From assembly GCA_026396615.1 (NCBI GenBank), contig JAPLWK010000004.1, positions 10,826 through 42,825 on the forward strand: 32,000 nucleotides of DNA. The letters are read 5' to 3'. Below are positions 22,950 through 30,894 of the stretch, in pieces (within the stretch, counting starts at the first letter, position 1; each line of letters starts with the position of its first letter). Position numbers and translations under genes: made by a program. Under the pieces are notes generated by a model. That model ran no database searches and was not told the origin of the DNA. It saw only the letters and a program-made list of their open reading frames with translations. This stretch comes from a candidate division WWE3 bacterium. Its GTDB lineage: Bacteria > Patescibacteriota > WWE3 > JAPLWK01.

Positions 22950-23491
22950 TTTGTTTGTAACCACCCTTCAATTTTTTCTAAAAATTGGGGGGTGTTTTTT
23001 TGTAGTAACGACAATTCTTCCAAGGTGAAATCTGACAAAACATATTTTTCTCCGGGCACATCGCGCTGGCCATTATCACGCGCGTCAACCCCAACCCGCA
23101 GCCGCCAAAAATCCTTCGTTCCTAATTTCTCTTCGATACTTAATAGCCCATTGTGAACTTTAGGACCAATCCCCTGCTGCAATTTAAATTCTCCTAATTT
23201 GACGTCAAGATCATCGTGAATAACGAGAATATCGCTTATGTTGACTTTGTAGAAAGCGGCAACAGCAGCAACTGCTTCACCAGAAGAGTTCATAAACGTC
23301 TGCGGCCGCATCAATAAAATCTTATCACCCCTATCCCCCCAATTACCCTTATCAGCAATTTCTGCTTTAAATCCCTTATCGTTATTCCAAGCTAAGCCTT
23401 CGGCCAAGGCAGACACGATCATAAACCCAGCGTTATGCCGAGTATTTTTATATTCGTTTCCCGGATTTCCTAAACCGACAATTAATTTCAT
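22910..23491 (-). CDS. pth: peptidyl-tRNA hydrolase
   Basis: MKLIVGLGNPGNEYKNTRHNAGFM and downstream Pth motifs. Start overlaps the upstream M50 gene stop by 4 nt (ATGA). Confidence 0.93.
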   Translation of the reverse strand: MKLIVGLGNPGNEYKNTRHNAGFMIVSALAEGLAWNNDKGFKAEIADKGNWGDRGDKILLMRPQTFMNSSGEAVAAVAAFYKVNISDILVIHDDLDVKLGEFKLQQGIGPKVHNGLLSIEEKLGTKDFWRLRVGVDARDNGQRDVPGEKYVLSDFTLEELSLLQKNTPQFLEKIEGWLQTNHPNSSAAASYPF

Positions 23492-24069
23492 ACCCCCAAC
23501 AACAACCTAGATAACACCGAAACCGGTACCCCTACAATAGTACCAAAAACCGGCGTCATCATTAAGAATAGCAAAATAAAAATGCCCCAGCGTTCCGTTT
23601 GCTGCCAGTCTATTGCTAGTTGCCACGGTAAAAGGCCGGCGACCACCTTAAAGCCGTCTAATGGACCGAGTGGAATTAAATTAAATACTGCCAAAGTTAG
23701 ATTCAAAACCACCAACTGCGAAATTACCATACCTGTCACCCCTACTTGCCCTGAGCCAAGTCGAAGGGTTAAAGCGGCATCGCGTCTGGGATTCTTAAGA
23801 TTATAAGGGTTAAATGGCACCGGCTTGCCCCATCCAAAACCAAAAAATAAAATTCCAATAGTGCCAATTGGGTCCAAGTGGGCCAGTGGATTAAGAGTTA
23901 AACGACCGGACAAACGGGCCGTTGGGTCGCCGAGTGCATTCGCTACAAAGGCGTGCGCCGCCTCGTGAACGCTCAGGACTAGGGCCAATGATGCCAAAAT
24001 GATGACCAGGGTAATTATTAAAGTAAGAGGATCTAGGTGTAGGCCGGAGCCAAGAAGTGATAGCAGCAT
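23488..24069 (-). CDS. M50 (site-2 protease) family metalloprotease, small form
   Basis: HEAAHAF (HExxH) within a TM segment and NLIPLGPLDG as the second motif. Start set at ATG 24069. Confidence 0.85.
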   Translation of the reverse strand: MLLSLLGSGLHLDPLTLIITLVIILASLALVLSVHEAAHAFVANALGDPTARLSGRLTLNPLAHLDPIGTIGILFFGFGWGKPVPFNPYNLKNPRRDAALTLRLGSGQVGVTGMVISQLVVLNLTLAVFNLIPLGPLDGFKVVAGLLPWQLAIDWQQTERWGIFILLFLMMTPVFGTIVGVPVSVLSRLLLGV

Positions 24070-24078
24070 AATCAAAAT

Positions 24079-24162
24079 GTCATTCCGGGCTTGACCCGGA
24101 ATCCAGTAAATCTAACATAAATTTAATCTGTTACTAGATTCCGGCTCCGGGGCCGGAATGAC
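24079..24162. repeat. MITE/REP-like element, full-length archetype (copy 5)
   Basis: Left arm GTCATTCCGGGCTTGACCCGGAATCCAGTAA, AT-rich spacer, right arm TTACTAGATTCCGGCTCCGGGGCCGGAATGAC. 10-bp TIRs, and each arm is itself a hairpin. Confidence 0.9.
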
Positions 24163-24220
24163 AAATACGCCCTTTACTTTAACACGATCTACCCGTAAAA
24201 TGAAGCCCACGTAAGCTAAA

Positions 24221-24415
24221 ATGAACATCATAACTAAAGCCAAACAATTCTTAATTGAGGCTCGTGACGAACTTAAAAAAGTCATCTGGCCGTCTCGTCG
24301 CCAGCTACTAAAGCTTTCGGGGATTGTAATTGGGGTCAGTATCGTGATAGGATTCTACCTTGGTGGTTTGGATGCGCTATTAGGACAGGCTTTAAAACTG
24401 GCAATTAATAAATAA
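24221..24415 (+). CDS. secE: preprotein translocase subunit SecE
   Basis: 64 aa, ELKKVIWPSRRQL followed by a single TM, in the canonical position upstream of nusG. Confidence 0.9.
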   Translation: MNIITKAKQFLIEARDELKKVIWPSRRQLLKLSGIVIGVSIVIGFYLGGLDALLGQALKLAINK

Positions 24416-24418
24416 TTT

Positions 24419-25000
24419 ATGGCCGACACACCGGAAGAAAAAAAAGATAATTTAGTCCGCATCTCGGAGCCAACTGAAAATTCACGTTGGTATGTGGTGC
24501 ATACTTACTCCGGGCACGAGGTAAAAGTCTGTAAAACATTGCAGCAACGGGCTGCCAGCTTTGATTTAGCCGCGAAGATTAACGAAATATTAGTACCAAC
24601 TCAAGAGAAGATTGCCATTTCTGAGGGCAAAAAGCGCAAGGTTGATGAGCGACTTTTCCCCGGCTACGTCATGGTCCACATGGAAATGACCGACGCCACT
24701 TGGTTTTTAGTGCGATCAACGGCCGGAGTGACGGGCTTTGTGGGTACTGGCGATCGGCCAACCCCAATCCCACTTTCCGAAGTTAATTCGATTCTTAAGT
24801 TTATTAAATCGGAAGCGCCCAAATTCGAAGCCAAGTACACCGTTGGCGATAGTGTTAAGATTGTGGACGGACCCTTTGCCGACTTTGTAGGCGCCGTTGA
24901 TGAAATTAATGAAGAGCAAGGTAAAGTGAAAGTACTAGTCAGTGTTTTTGGACGAGAAACTCCAGTCGAACTGGATTTCCTGCAAGTCGCGCCTCTTTAA
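24419..25000 (+). CDS. nusG: transcription termination/antitermination factor NusG
   Basis: NGN region [15 protein letters not shown] and KOW motif [19 protein letters not shown]. Confidence 0.95.
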   Translation: MADTPEEKKDNLVRISEPTENSRWYVVHTYSGHEVKVCKTLQQRAASFDLAAKINEILVPTQEKIAISEGKKRKVDERLFPGYVMVHMEMTDATWFLVRSTAGVTGFVGTGDRPTPIPLSEVNSILKFIKSEAPKFEAKYTVGDSVKIVDGPFADFVGAVDEINEEQGKVKVLVSVFGRETPVELDFLQVAPL

Positions 25001-25004
25001 TATT

Positions 25005-25430
25005 ATGGCTAAAAAAATTAAGGCAATCGTAAAAATTAACGCTAGTGCTGGGAAGGCCAATCCCGCTCCTCCCATTGGTCCTGCATTAGGACAACATGGA
25101 GTGGCTATCATGGAATTTTGCAAGCAGTACAACGCCGCCACAAAAGATATGGGCGATATTGTAGTGCCCGCTATTATCACTGTTTACGAGGATCGTAGTT
25201 TCACTTTTATTTTAAAAACTCCTCCCGCTAGTGTGTTAATTAAAAAAGCACTAAAGATTACTGCCGGCAGCGGTGTGCCTAATCGCGACAAAGTAGGAAG
25301 GATCACTAACGCTCAGTTAGAAGAAATTGCCACTCTTAAAATGAAGGATCTTAACGCCAGAACCCTCCCTGAAGCGGTCAAGATAATTGCGGGAACAGCG
25401 AGGAGTATGGGGGTCGACGTGATTAAATAG
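25005..25430 (+). CDS. rplK: 50S ribosomal protein L11
   Basis: [33 protein letters not shown]. Start at ATG 25005 rather than ORF-track 24942. Confidence 0.95.
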   Translation: MAKKIKAIVKINASAGKANPAPPIGPALGQHGVAIMEFCKQYNAATKDMGDIVVPAIITVYEDRSFTFILKTPPASVLIKKALKITAGSGVPNRDKVGRITNAQLEEIATLKMKDLNARTLPEAVKIIAGTARSMGVDVIK

Positions 25431-25434
25431 ACTT

Positions 25435-26058
25435 ATGAACTTTTTAGAAGCCTTAAAAACTATTCGTGAATACGCTAAAAGTAGCAAATTTGATCAAACG
25501 GTTGAGCTTCATTTAAACCTGGGAATTGATCCTACCAAGCAAGAGCAAGCAGTTAAGGCTACTCTAACGCTACCAAACGGCACCGGCAAGGAAAAGAAAG
25601 TCCTCCTAATTACTGCTGACAGCGCTAAAACCATTGCTGATCTAACCGGCGGCGAAGAAATAGTTGAAAAGATTATAAAAGGCACCCTTAAGCCCAAAGT
25701 TGATTTTGACGCCATTGTAACGACTCCGGAGATGATGCCCAAACTAGCTCGCGCGGCCAAGATCCTTGGTCCTCAAGGCTTAATGCCCTCTCCCAAGAAC
25801 GGTTCGGTTACCGCCACCCCCGAAAAAGCCATTGCCGAAATAAAAAAAGGCCAAATTAATTTAAAAACTGAAAAGGACGCTCCGGTAATTCACACGTTAA
25901 TCGGAAAATTAAGTTTTAGCGACGAAAAATTAGAGGCTAATTTTAAAGCCGTCATTGACGCTTTAACAGCCGCCAAGCCGGCTAAAGTTAAGGGCAAATT
26001 CATTAAAGAAATTTTTCTTAAAGCCACGCAGACCAAGGCCGCCATTGTCGAGATATAA
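25435..26058 (+). CDS. rplA: 50S ribosomal protein L1 (short, 207 aa)
   Basis: Position after rplK, and L1-like FDQTVELHLNLGIDP and LGPQGLMPSPKNGSVT. Confidence 0.92.
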   Translation: MNFLEALKTIREYAKSSKFDQTVELHLNLGIDPTKQEQAVKATLTLPNGTGKEKKVLLITADSAKTIADLTGGEEIVEKIIKGTLKPKVDFDAIVTTPEMMPKLARAAKILGPQGLMPSPKNGSVTATPEKAIAEIKKGQINLKTEKDAPVIHTLIGKLSFSDEKLEANFKAVIDALTAAKPAKVKGKFIKEIFLKATQTKAAIVEI

Positions 26059-26200
26059 CAACACCATTCCGTGATTCCAGGAAAAGATTCAAAATACAGT
26101 ACCCCAGTAAATTTTTAATGATTTAATTCATTAATAATTGTTTAAAAATTTTAAATTAAAAATTAAAAATTTATTCTGTTAAATCAGCTTTTACTAACGG

Positions 26201-27379
26201 CTACAAGTTTTTAACTAAGTTTATCCCTTTCTTCTCCCTCAAAAACAAGGCGTTACCCGCAAAAATTAGTGTAATAAGACCAAAGACTATTAAAACCCCT
26301 TGAATCGGCAGAAACTTAAGCAGTAAGAAGACTAACAAGGGAGCCAGAATGCGACCAATTGGTGATTCCATCAAAAAGATGCTGACTAGTCCGTTCTCTT
26401 CAGCAGACAGGTGTTTAAGGAAATATGGGTACCTAATTTGCTCAATTAGCGTGCTTCCGCAGGCGCACAGGAAATAAATTGCCGTGAACAAGACTATATT
26501 AGTAGTCAAACCCATAATGACCGTCGTAATAGCCATAATGACGTAGCCAATGATGAACATAATTGGAGCTTTGATGCGGCGGTCAGCCAGCCGCCCCACC
26601 GGAATCTCCAGGAGAACCCACGGTAAATAGACAATCATGGTGACGATTCCGATCTGAGTGGCCGAAGCTCCTAGCTTATTTAAGAATAAAGTGATTAAAA
26701 ACCAACTGCCGTAAATAAAATCCAGTCCTAGGGCGTTAATAAAGGCATGCACCCGAAAGCGGTTGCTAAAGAATAATTTGACGGTCTTCAAAGGGTTTTG
26801 CAGTCCCGCACTCACCGGCGCTCGTGGCATCCCATGCCGCGGAAGAATTAAGTAAGCAATAGCCGCAAAGGCCGCCGCGACTACAAAAACCCAAGAATAA
26901 TTAAAACGTTCCGAGATAAAACTACCAACGAACGGAAAAATTACCCAGGCACTGTTATAAATTGCCCCCATTTTGGAGTTGTTTTCAATGATGTTCTCTT
27001 CAGCATTTAGTCGCTTCATATATATTTCCACGTTAAAAGAGTAAATCACCGAAAATAGAACCCAAATAGTGTACAGAAAACACAATTCATAGATATTAGT
27101 CGCGAATCCCAGCAGAAAAATGACGAAGGGCATTAGGAGCAAAGCGATATCGAGGCTGCGGCGTTGGTGAAGATAGCGAACTAAAGGAACGGTAATGAAA
27201 AAGAAGAATAGTGCTGCGGCATTAAAGCCGGCAATCGCCAAACTGACTCCCTTATCGCTCCCTAAATATTTCCGGAGCATTAAAGTAAAAACCACCGAGA
27301 CAATGGCTCCCGAGGCGGCCGTGAGGAACTGAATTGCCACCACTTTTCTAAAGAATTTTTTTGGTGTAATCGTGGGCAT
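26201..27379 (-). CDS. MFS-type transporter
   Basis: About 11-12 hydrophobic segments and the motif-A-like loop PVGRLADRRIKAP. Start set at ATG 27379, which overlaps the cysS 3' end by 32 nt; the exact start is uncertain. Confidence 0.7.
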   Translation of the reverse strand: MPTITPKKFFRKVVAIQFLTAASGAIVSVVFTLMLRKYLGSDKGVSLAIAGFNAAALFFFFITVPLVRYLHQRRSLDIALLLMPFVIFLLGFATNIYELCFLYTIWVLFSVIYSFNVEIYMKRLNAEENIIENNSKMGAIYNSAWVIFPFVGSFISERFNYSWVFVVAAAFAAIAYLILPRHGMPRAPVSAGLQNPLKTVKLFFSNRFRVHAFINALGLDFIYGSWFLITLFLNKLGASATQIGIVTMIVYLPWVLLEIPVGRLADRRIKAPIMFIIGYVIMAITTVIMGLTTNIVLFTAIYFLCACGSTLIEQIRYPYFLKHLSAEENGLVSIFLMESPIGRILAPLLVFLLLKFLPIQGVLIVFGLITLIFAGNALFLREKKGINLVKNL

Positions 27380-28769
27380 GTATTTGTTGGCCGTCCGTTG
27401 TATCCTTAACCTCAAATCCTAACTTTTTAATCTCATCTCGCAACTCGTCGGACCGCCTAAAATCCTTTTGTGACCGGGCCTGTTCTCGTTCCTTAAGTAA
27501 CGACGCGACCTCAACCGGAATCTCGACCTTCACGTCATGCCTCTCATGAAGACCTAAACCCAAAACCCGATCAAAATCTAAAATTAATTTAATAGTCTCT
27601 GCCCCACTATGCTTACTCACCAATTCTTGGACAACAGCCAAAGCTTGCGGCATATTAAAGTCATCAGATATCGCCTCAACAAATCTGGCCTTATATGACG
27701 CCACTTCTGACGATGTTAAATCAACGTGCGCTGCAACTGGCGTTTGTAATCTGTTGATCAGATTATCAAGCGACTGTGCCGCTGACTGCAGCGCTTCCCA
27801 GGTAAAATTGAGCGGTTTTCGGTAATGCGCCGTTAAATAAAAATAACGAAGCGCTAACGGCGAAAATCCTTTGGCAACAATGTCAGCCAGAGTATAAGCG
27901 TTCCCCAGGCTCTTCCCCATCCGTCCGCCATCGACTTGCAGAAAAGCGGCGTGGAGCCAATATTTCGCAAACTGTTTGCCAGTCGCTCCTTCGCTCTGAG
28001 CAATCTCGTTGGCGTGGTGAATGGCGATGTGATCAATGCCACCGGTATGAATGTCAAAACTCTCGCCTAAATACTTCATACTCATTGCCGAGCACTCAAT
28101 GTGCCAGCCCGGAAAGCCGCGACCCCACGGCGACTCCCACTCCATCTGGCGTTTGACGTCAGTTGGCGAAAATTTCCACAAAGCAAAGTCGTAAGGATGC
28201 CGCTTCTCTGGATCTTCGACTAACTCTTCCCGCGTCGCTACCCGCTTATCGACCAATTTTTGCCCGCCAAGCTTCCCATACTCTGGCCACTTAGCAACAT
28301 CAAAATAGACGCCAGACTTGGTCGTATACGTCAAACCTTTGACCTCAAGACGTTTGATGAGATCTATCTGCTCAGGAATATAGTCGGTGGCCCGCATAAA
28401 ATGGGTCGGCGCGATAATATTTAGCTTCTGACGGGAATCAATGAAGTCTTTAATGTAAAAATCGGCAATATCCCACGCCGTCTTATTTTCTGACTTGGCG
28501 GCCTTTTCCATTCTGTCCTCACCGAGATCGGCGTCGCCAATATTATCGCCGGTTAGGTGACCGACATCGGTCGCATTCATAACGTGATTAACCTCGTAGC
28601 CGTTGTATTCTAGCGTCCGCCGCAAGATATCTTCAAACACAAACGTCCGCCAATTGCCGATTTGAGGATAAAAGTAGACCGTGGGACCGCAGGTGTACAG
28701 ACCAACATGAGGCGGATTTATAGGAATAAACTCGTCCTTTTGACGAGTGAGGGAGTTGTAGAGTTTCAT
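27348..28769 (-). CDS. cysS: cysteine--tRNA ligase
   Basis: [27 protein letters not shown] (zinc/cysteine site residues) and RMGKSLGN (KMSKS position). TATTAT 7 nt upstream of the ATG. Confidence 0.92.
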   Translation of the reverse strand: MKLYNSLTRQKDEFIPINPPHVGLYTCGPTVYFYPQIGNWRTFVFEDILRRTLEYNGYEVNHVMNATDVGHLTGDNIGDADLGEDRMEKAAKSENKTAWDIADFYIKDFIDSRQKLNIIAPTHFMRATDYIPEQIDLIKRLEVKGLTYTTKSGVYFDVAKWPEYGKLGGQKLVDKRVATREELVEDPEKRHPYDFALWKFSPTDVKRQMEWESPWGRGFPGWHIECSAMSMKYLGESFDIHTGGIDHIAIHHANEIAQSEGATGKQFAKYWLHAAFLQVDGGRMGKSLGNAYTLADIVAKGFSPLALRYFYLTAHYRKPLNFTWEALQSAAQSLDNLINRLQTPVAAHVDLTSSEVASYKARFVEAISDDFNMPQALAVVQELVSKHSGAETIKLILDFDRVLGLGLHERHDVKVEIPVEVASLLKEREQARSQKDFRRSDELRDEIKKLGFEVKDTTDGQQIHAHDYTKKIL

Positions 28770-28835
28770 GATTTATATAATAGCAAAAAACGGCCTGCCT
28801 TCAACAACAATTAAGTCGTGAAAACAGGCCATATC

Positions 28836-29066
28836 TTAATCCAACGGAACATACTTGTAATCAGCCGGAGCAACCTTGGCGTTGTTAAAGCCGTGCTCTC
28901 GAAGCCAAGTAGTTGCAATCACAGCATCATCTAAATTTTCAAAACTTAGAATACCTCTCTGAATACAGTCGATACAAGTTTGAAAGTTATACCTATACGT
29001 CAGTAAAATAGAAACGTATTCCCCAACCGGCGCTCCAGCCAAAACATAAGTAGATGAACTTGCCAT
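28836..29066 (-). CDS. hypothetical small protein, 76 aa
   Basis: Strong SD (CAAGGAGAAAATAAATG). No recognised motif. Confidence 0.55.
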   Translation of the reverse strand: MASSSTYVLAGAPVGEYVSILLTYRYNFQTCIDCIQRGILSFENLDDAVIATTWLREHGFNNAKVAPADYKYVPLD

Positions 29067-29120
29067 TTATTTTCTCCTTGTCTTATCCGAAAATCTTACC
29101 GCTCCTGAACTAAATTTATC

Positions 29121-29309
29121 CTAGGCCAATATAGCGTAATTATTAGCTTTTAACAAGGCCAAAACCTCGGCCTGTTTCTCAACCGCACAAACGAGGCTGA
29201 CATACCCGAAACCATCATCCCAAAATTATCCATGTATCTGTCCAGCCAACAAAATCAATGGTCGAGCATCAGCCGACGGCGGCAATGACACCTTAATAAC
29301 TGATTTCAT
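29121..29309 (-). pseudogene. small ORF (27 + 34 codons) interrupted by an in-frame TAA
   Basis: ATG 29309 with SD AAAAGGAGAG and an upstream TTGAAT-16-TATACT promoter. In-frame TAA at 29226-29228. The same frame stays open to TAG at 29121-29123. Confidence 0.4.
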
Positions 29310-29325
29310 CTTTCTCTCCTTTTCG

Positions 29326-29359
29326 GTGACAAATTAGGTATATCGACAAAAATTGTCAC
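29326..29359. repeat. 34-bp dyad unit in the 5' UTR of the small ORF
   Basis: GTGACAAATTAGGTATATCGACAAAAATTGTCAC, with the same TGACA-N22-TGTCA spacing. Confidence 0.65.
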
Positions 29360-29420
29360 AGAAAGTTATCCCATTTGTAAACGGCTCGTAGTATACGCCG
29401 GTTTAATTAAAATTCAAACG

Positions 29421-29523
29421 CTGACATTTTATGCCGATCGGCAAATTTTGTCCAGATTGACACTTTACTGCTCGAGCAACTTTTTGTCAGTGACATTTTT
29501 GCCCACGTGTGCAAATTTGTCCC
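29421..29523. repeat. three tandem 34-bp dyad units
   Basis: Units at 29421-29454 (core GCCGATCGGC), 29457-29490 (core CTGCTCGAGCAA, copy C of the conserved subtype) and 29490-29523 (core CCCACGTGTGC). All have TGACA at unit positions 2-6 and TGTC(A/C) at positions 29-33. Confidence 0.8.
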
Positions 29524-29545
29524 AAGTCGTTAATTAAACATGCGG

Positions 29546-29575
29546 TTGACAGTAGCTCTATTTTATTGTTATATT
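29546..29575 (+). promoter_or_regulatory. candidate rplJL promoter
   Basis: TTGACA (29546-29551), 18-bp spacer, TATATT (29570-29575), followed by a ~220-nt leader. Confidence 0.5.
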
Positions 29576-29698
29576 GACGATTGCAACCAAAGACCGCGGG
29601 TGTTGGACAAAGTCTGACTTAATAACCTGCGCAGGAAGAAACTCGACTAATCCTCGTTTATTTTCCCTGGCTTTGGATTAATATTGATATATAAACAA

Positions 29699-29784
29699 GT
29701 CATTGCGGGCTTGACCCGCAATCCAGTAACTACGGTATAAAAATCGTATCTTTTACTGGATTCCGGCTCTGAGGCCGGAATGAC
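29699..29784. repeat. MITE/REP-like element, full-length (copy 6), inside the rplJ leader
   Basis: GTCATTGCGGGCTTGACCCGCAATCCAGTAA...TTACTGGATTCCGGCTCTGAGGCCGGAATGAC. The left-arm stem carries paired compensatory substitutions. Confidence 0.9.
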
Positions 29785-29797
29785 ATACATATTGAAT

Positions 29798-30268
29798 ATG
29801 GCTGTTTCTAAAAATATTAAAACTAAACAACTCGAGAATCTAAAGACGCAACTTAAAGGCGCCAAGTCTTTTGTTTTAATTGACTATACCGGCCTTAAGG
29901 TCAACCAAGTCAATGACCTGCGGGCCCGTCTTGACTCCGCCACCGCCATTATGACCGTGGCCAAAAACTCCCTGCTAGAAAAGGCCATGGAATTAAAAGA
30001 AGTTCTAAAGGGCCAAACCGCCGTCGTGTCAACCGAAACTGAAGATTTAACTATTTTTAAAGTCCTGGCCGCTTTTGCCAAGGAATTTGAGGCTTTAAAA
30101 TTTAAATTGGGCCATTTTGACGGCAAGACTATTAATGAAACTGAAATTAAAGCTCTAGCCATGATCCCCTCTCGCCAAGGCTTACTAAGCCAATTCGTGT
30201 GGAGTTTAACCGGACTGGAAACGAAATTAGTTGTAGCACTTAGTGAGATTGCTAAAAAACGAAATTAA
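29798..30268 (+). CDS. rplJ: 50S ribosomal protein L10
   Basis: L10-like SFVLIDYTGLKVNQVNDLRARL, upstream of rplL. Start set at ATG 29798, because the ORF-track ATG at 29780 lies inside the repeat element. Confidence 0.9.
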   Translation: MAVSKNIKTKQLENLKTQLKGAKSFVLIDYTGLKVNQVNDLRARLDSATAIMTVAKNSLLEKAMELKEVLKGQTAVVSTETEDLTIFKVLAAFAKEFEALKFKLGHFDGKTINETEIKALAMIPSRQGLLSQFVWSLTGLETKLVVALSEIAKKRN

Positions 30269-30376
30269 GCCCGTTGAGACCATTAAGACTATTACGACCA
30301 TTGATCTGTCGATCGATAAATGGCCTCAATAGTCCCAATGGCCATAATGGTCATAATACCGATTGGAGGTGTAATT

Positions 30377-30745
30377 ATGTCTGAATCTGTAACTAAAATA
30401 ATCGAATCCGTAGAAAAGTTGACCGTGTTAGAACTTAACGAGTTAGTTAAGGCTTTAGAGGAGAAATTCGGCGTATCTGCCGCTCCTGTCATGGTTGCCG
30501 GGGCTGCAGCCGCTGCACCCACTGAAGAAAAAACGGAATTTAACGTGATTCTAAAAGAGGCTGGAGCCAGCAAAATCGCTGTAATTAAAGCGGTTCGGGA
30601 AATCAACCCCACTTTAGGGTTAGTTGAGGCCAAATCAGTGGTCGAAAGCGCCCCGAAGACGATTTTAGAAAACGCCAAAAAAGACGACGCCAACTCTGCC
30701 AAGGCTAAACTCGAAGCCGCCGGAGCGAAAGTAGAACTCGCGTAA
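30377..30745 (+). CDS. rplL: 50S ribosomal protein L7/L12
   Basis: [33 protein letters not shown], an Ala-rich hinge, and C-terminal [23 protein letters not shown]. Confidence 0.95.
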   Translation: MSESVTKIIESVEKLTVLELNELVKALEEKFGVSAAPVMVAGAAAAAPTEEKTEFNVILKEAGASKIAVIKAVREINPTLGLVEAKSVVESAPKTILENAKKDDANSAKAKLEAAGAKVELA

Positions 30746-30748
30746 CCT

Positions 30749-30776
30749 GTCATCCGCCAACTGGCGGATCCAGTAA
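30749..30776. repeat. divergent MITE/REP-like arm (copy 7)
   Basis: GTCATCCGCCAACTGGCGGATCCAGTAA has the same architecture (GTCAT terminus, hairpin, CCAGTAA) with a different but self-complementary stem. Confidence 0.6.
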
Positions 30777-30791
30777 ACGATTACAAAAGAA

Positions 30792-30817
30792 GATCCCGCA
30801 ATCCGGGGTCTTTTTTT
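30792..30817 (+). terminator. rho-independent terminator of rplJL
   Basis: GATCCCG-caatc-CGGGGTC followed by seven T. Confidence 0.75.
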
Positions 30818-30840
30818 ATTTTGGGGAGTTACAGGAAACA

Positions 30841-30879
30841 ACAAAAAAGGCACGCTGAAATATTTTCTCAGCGTGCCTT
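30841..30879 (-). terminator. rho-independent terminator of gene 30895-31365
   Basis: 12-bp stem AAGGCACGCTGA/TCAGCGTGCCTT, followed on the minus strand by TTTTTTGTTG. Confidence 0.8.
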
Positions 30880-30894
30880 GCAATAATCCTGTTT

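Noticed and set aside
26100-26200. AT-rich tract with short TAAAAAT/AAAATT repeats between rplA and the MFS gene
   Set aside because: It is low-complexity A/T-rich convergent spacer with only 2-3 imperfect 7-bp repeats. There is no evidence for a tandem-repeat locus, CRISPR array or RNA gene; it may cause intrinsic bending at most.
29421-29523. 34-bp dyad units as lox/FRT/dif-like recombinase sites or parS sites
   Set aside because: The 34-bp length and the CACGTG cores recall loxP and parS. However, the arms do not match dif or parS (TGTTNCACGTGAAACA) consensus, and no tyrosine recombinase or parB gene is in the window. The idea remains untested rather than supported.
30292-30753. 153-aa minus-strand ORF opposite rplL
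   Set aside because: It is the mirror ORF of the Ala-rich L7/L12 gene. The plus-strand frame is unmistakably L7/L12 with a GGAGGTG SD.
14596-30776. Possibility that the recurring GTCATTCCGG... repeats form a CRISPR array
   Set aside because: Copies are 0.6-5.5 kb apart and separated by housekeeping genes. They occur as inverted arm pairs and have no regular spacer length or nearby cas genes. They are dispersed palindromic repeats, not a CRISPR array.
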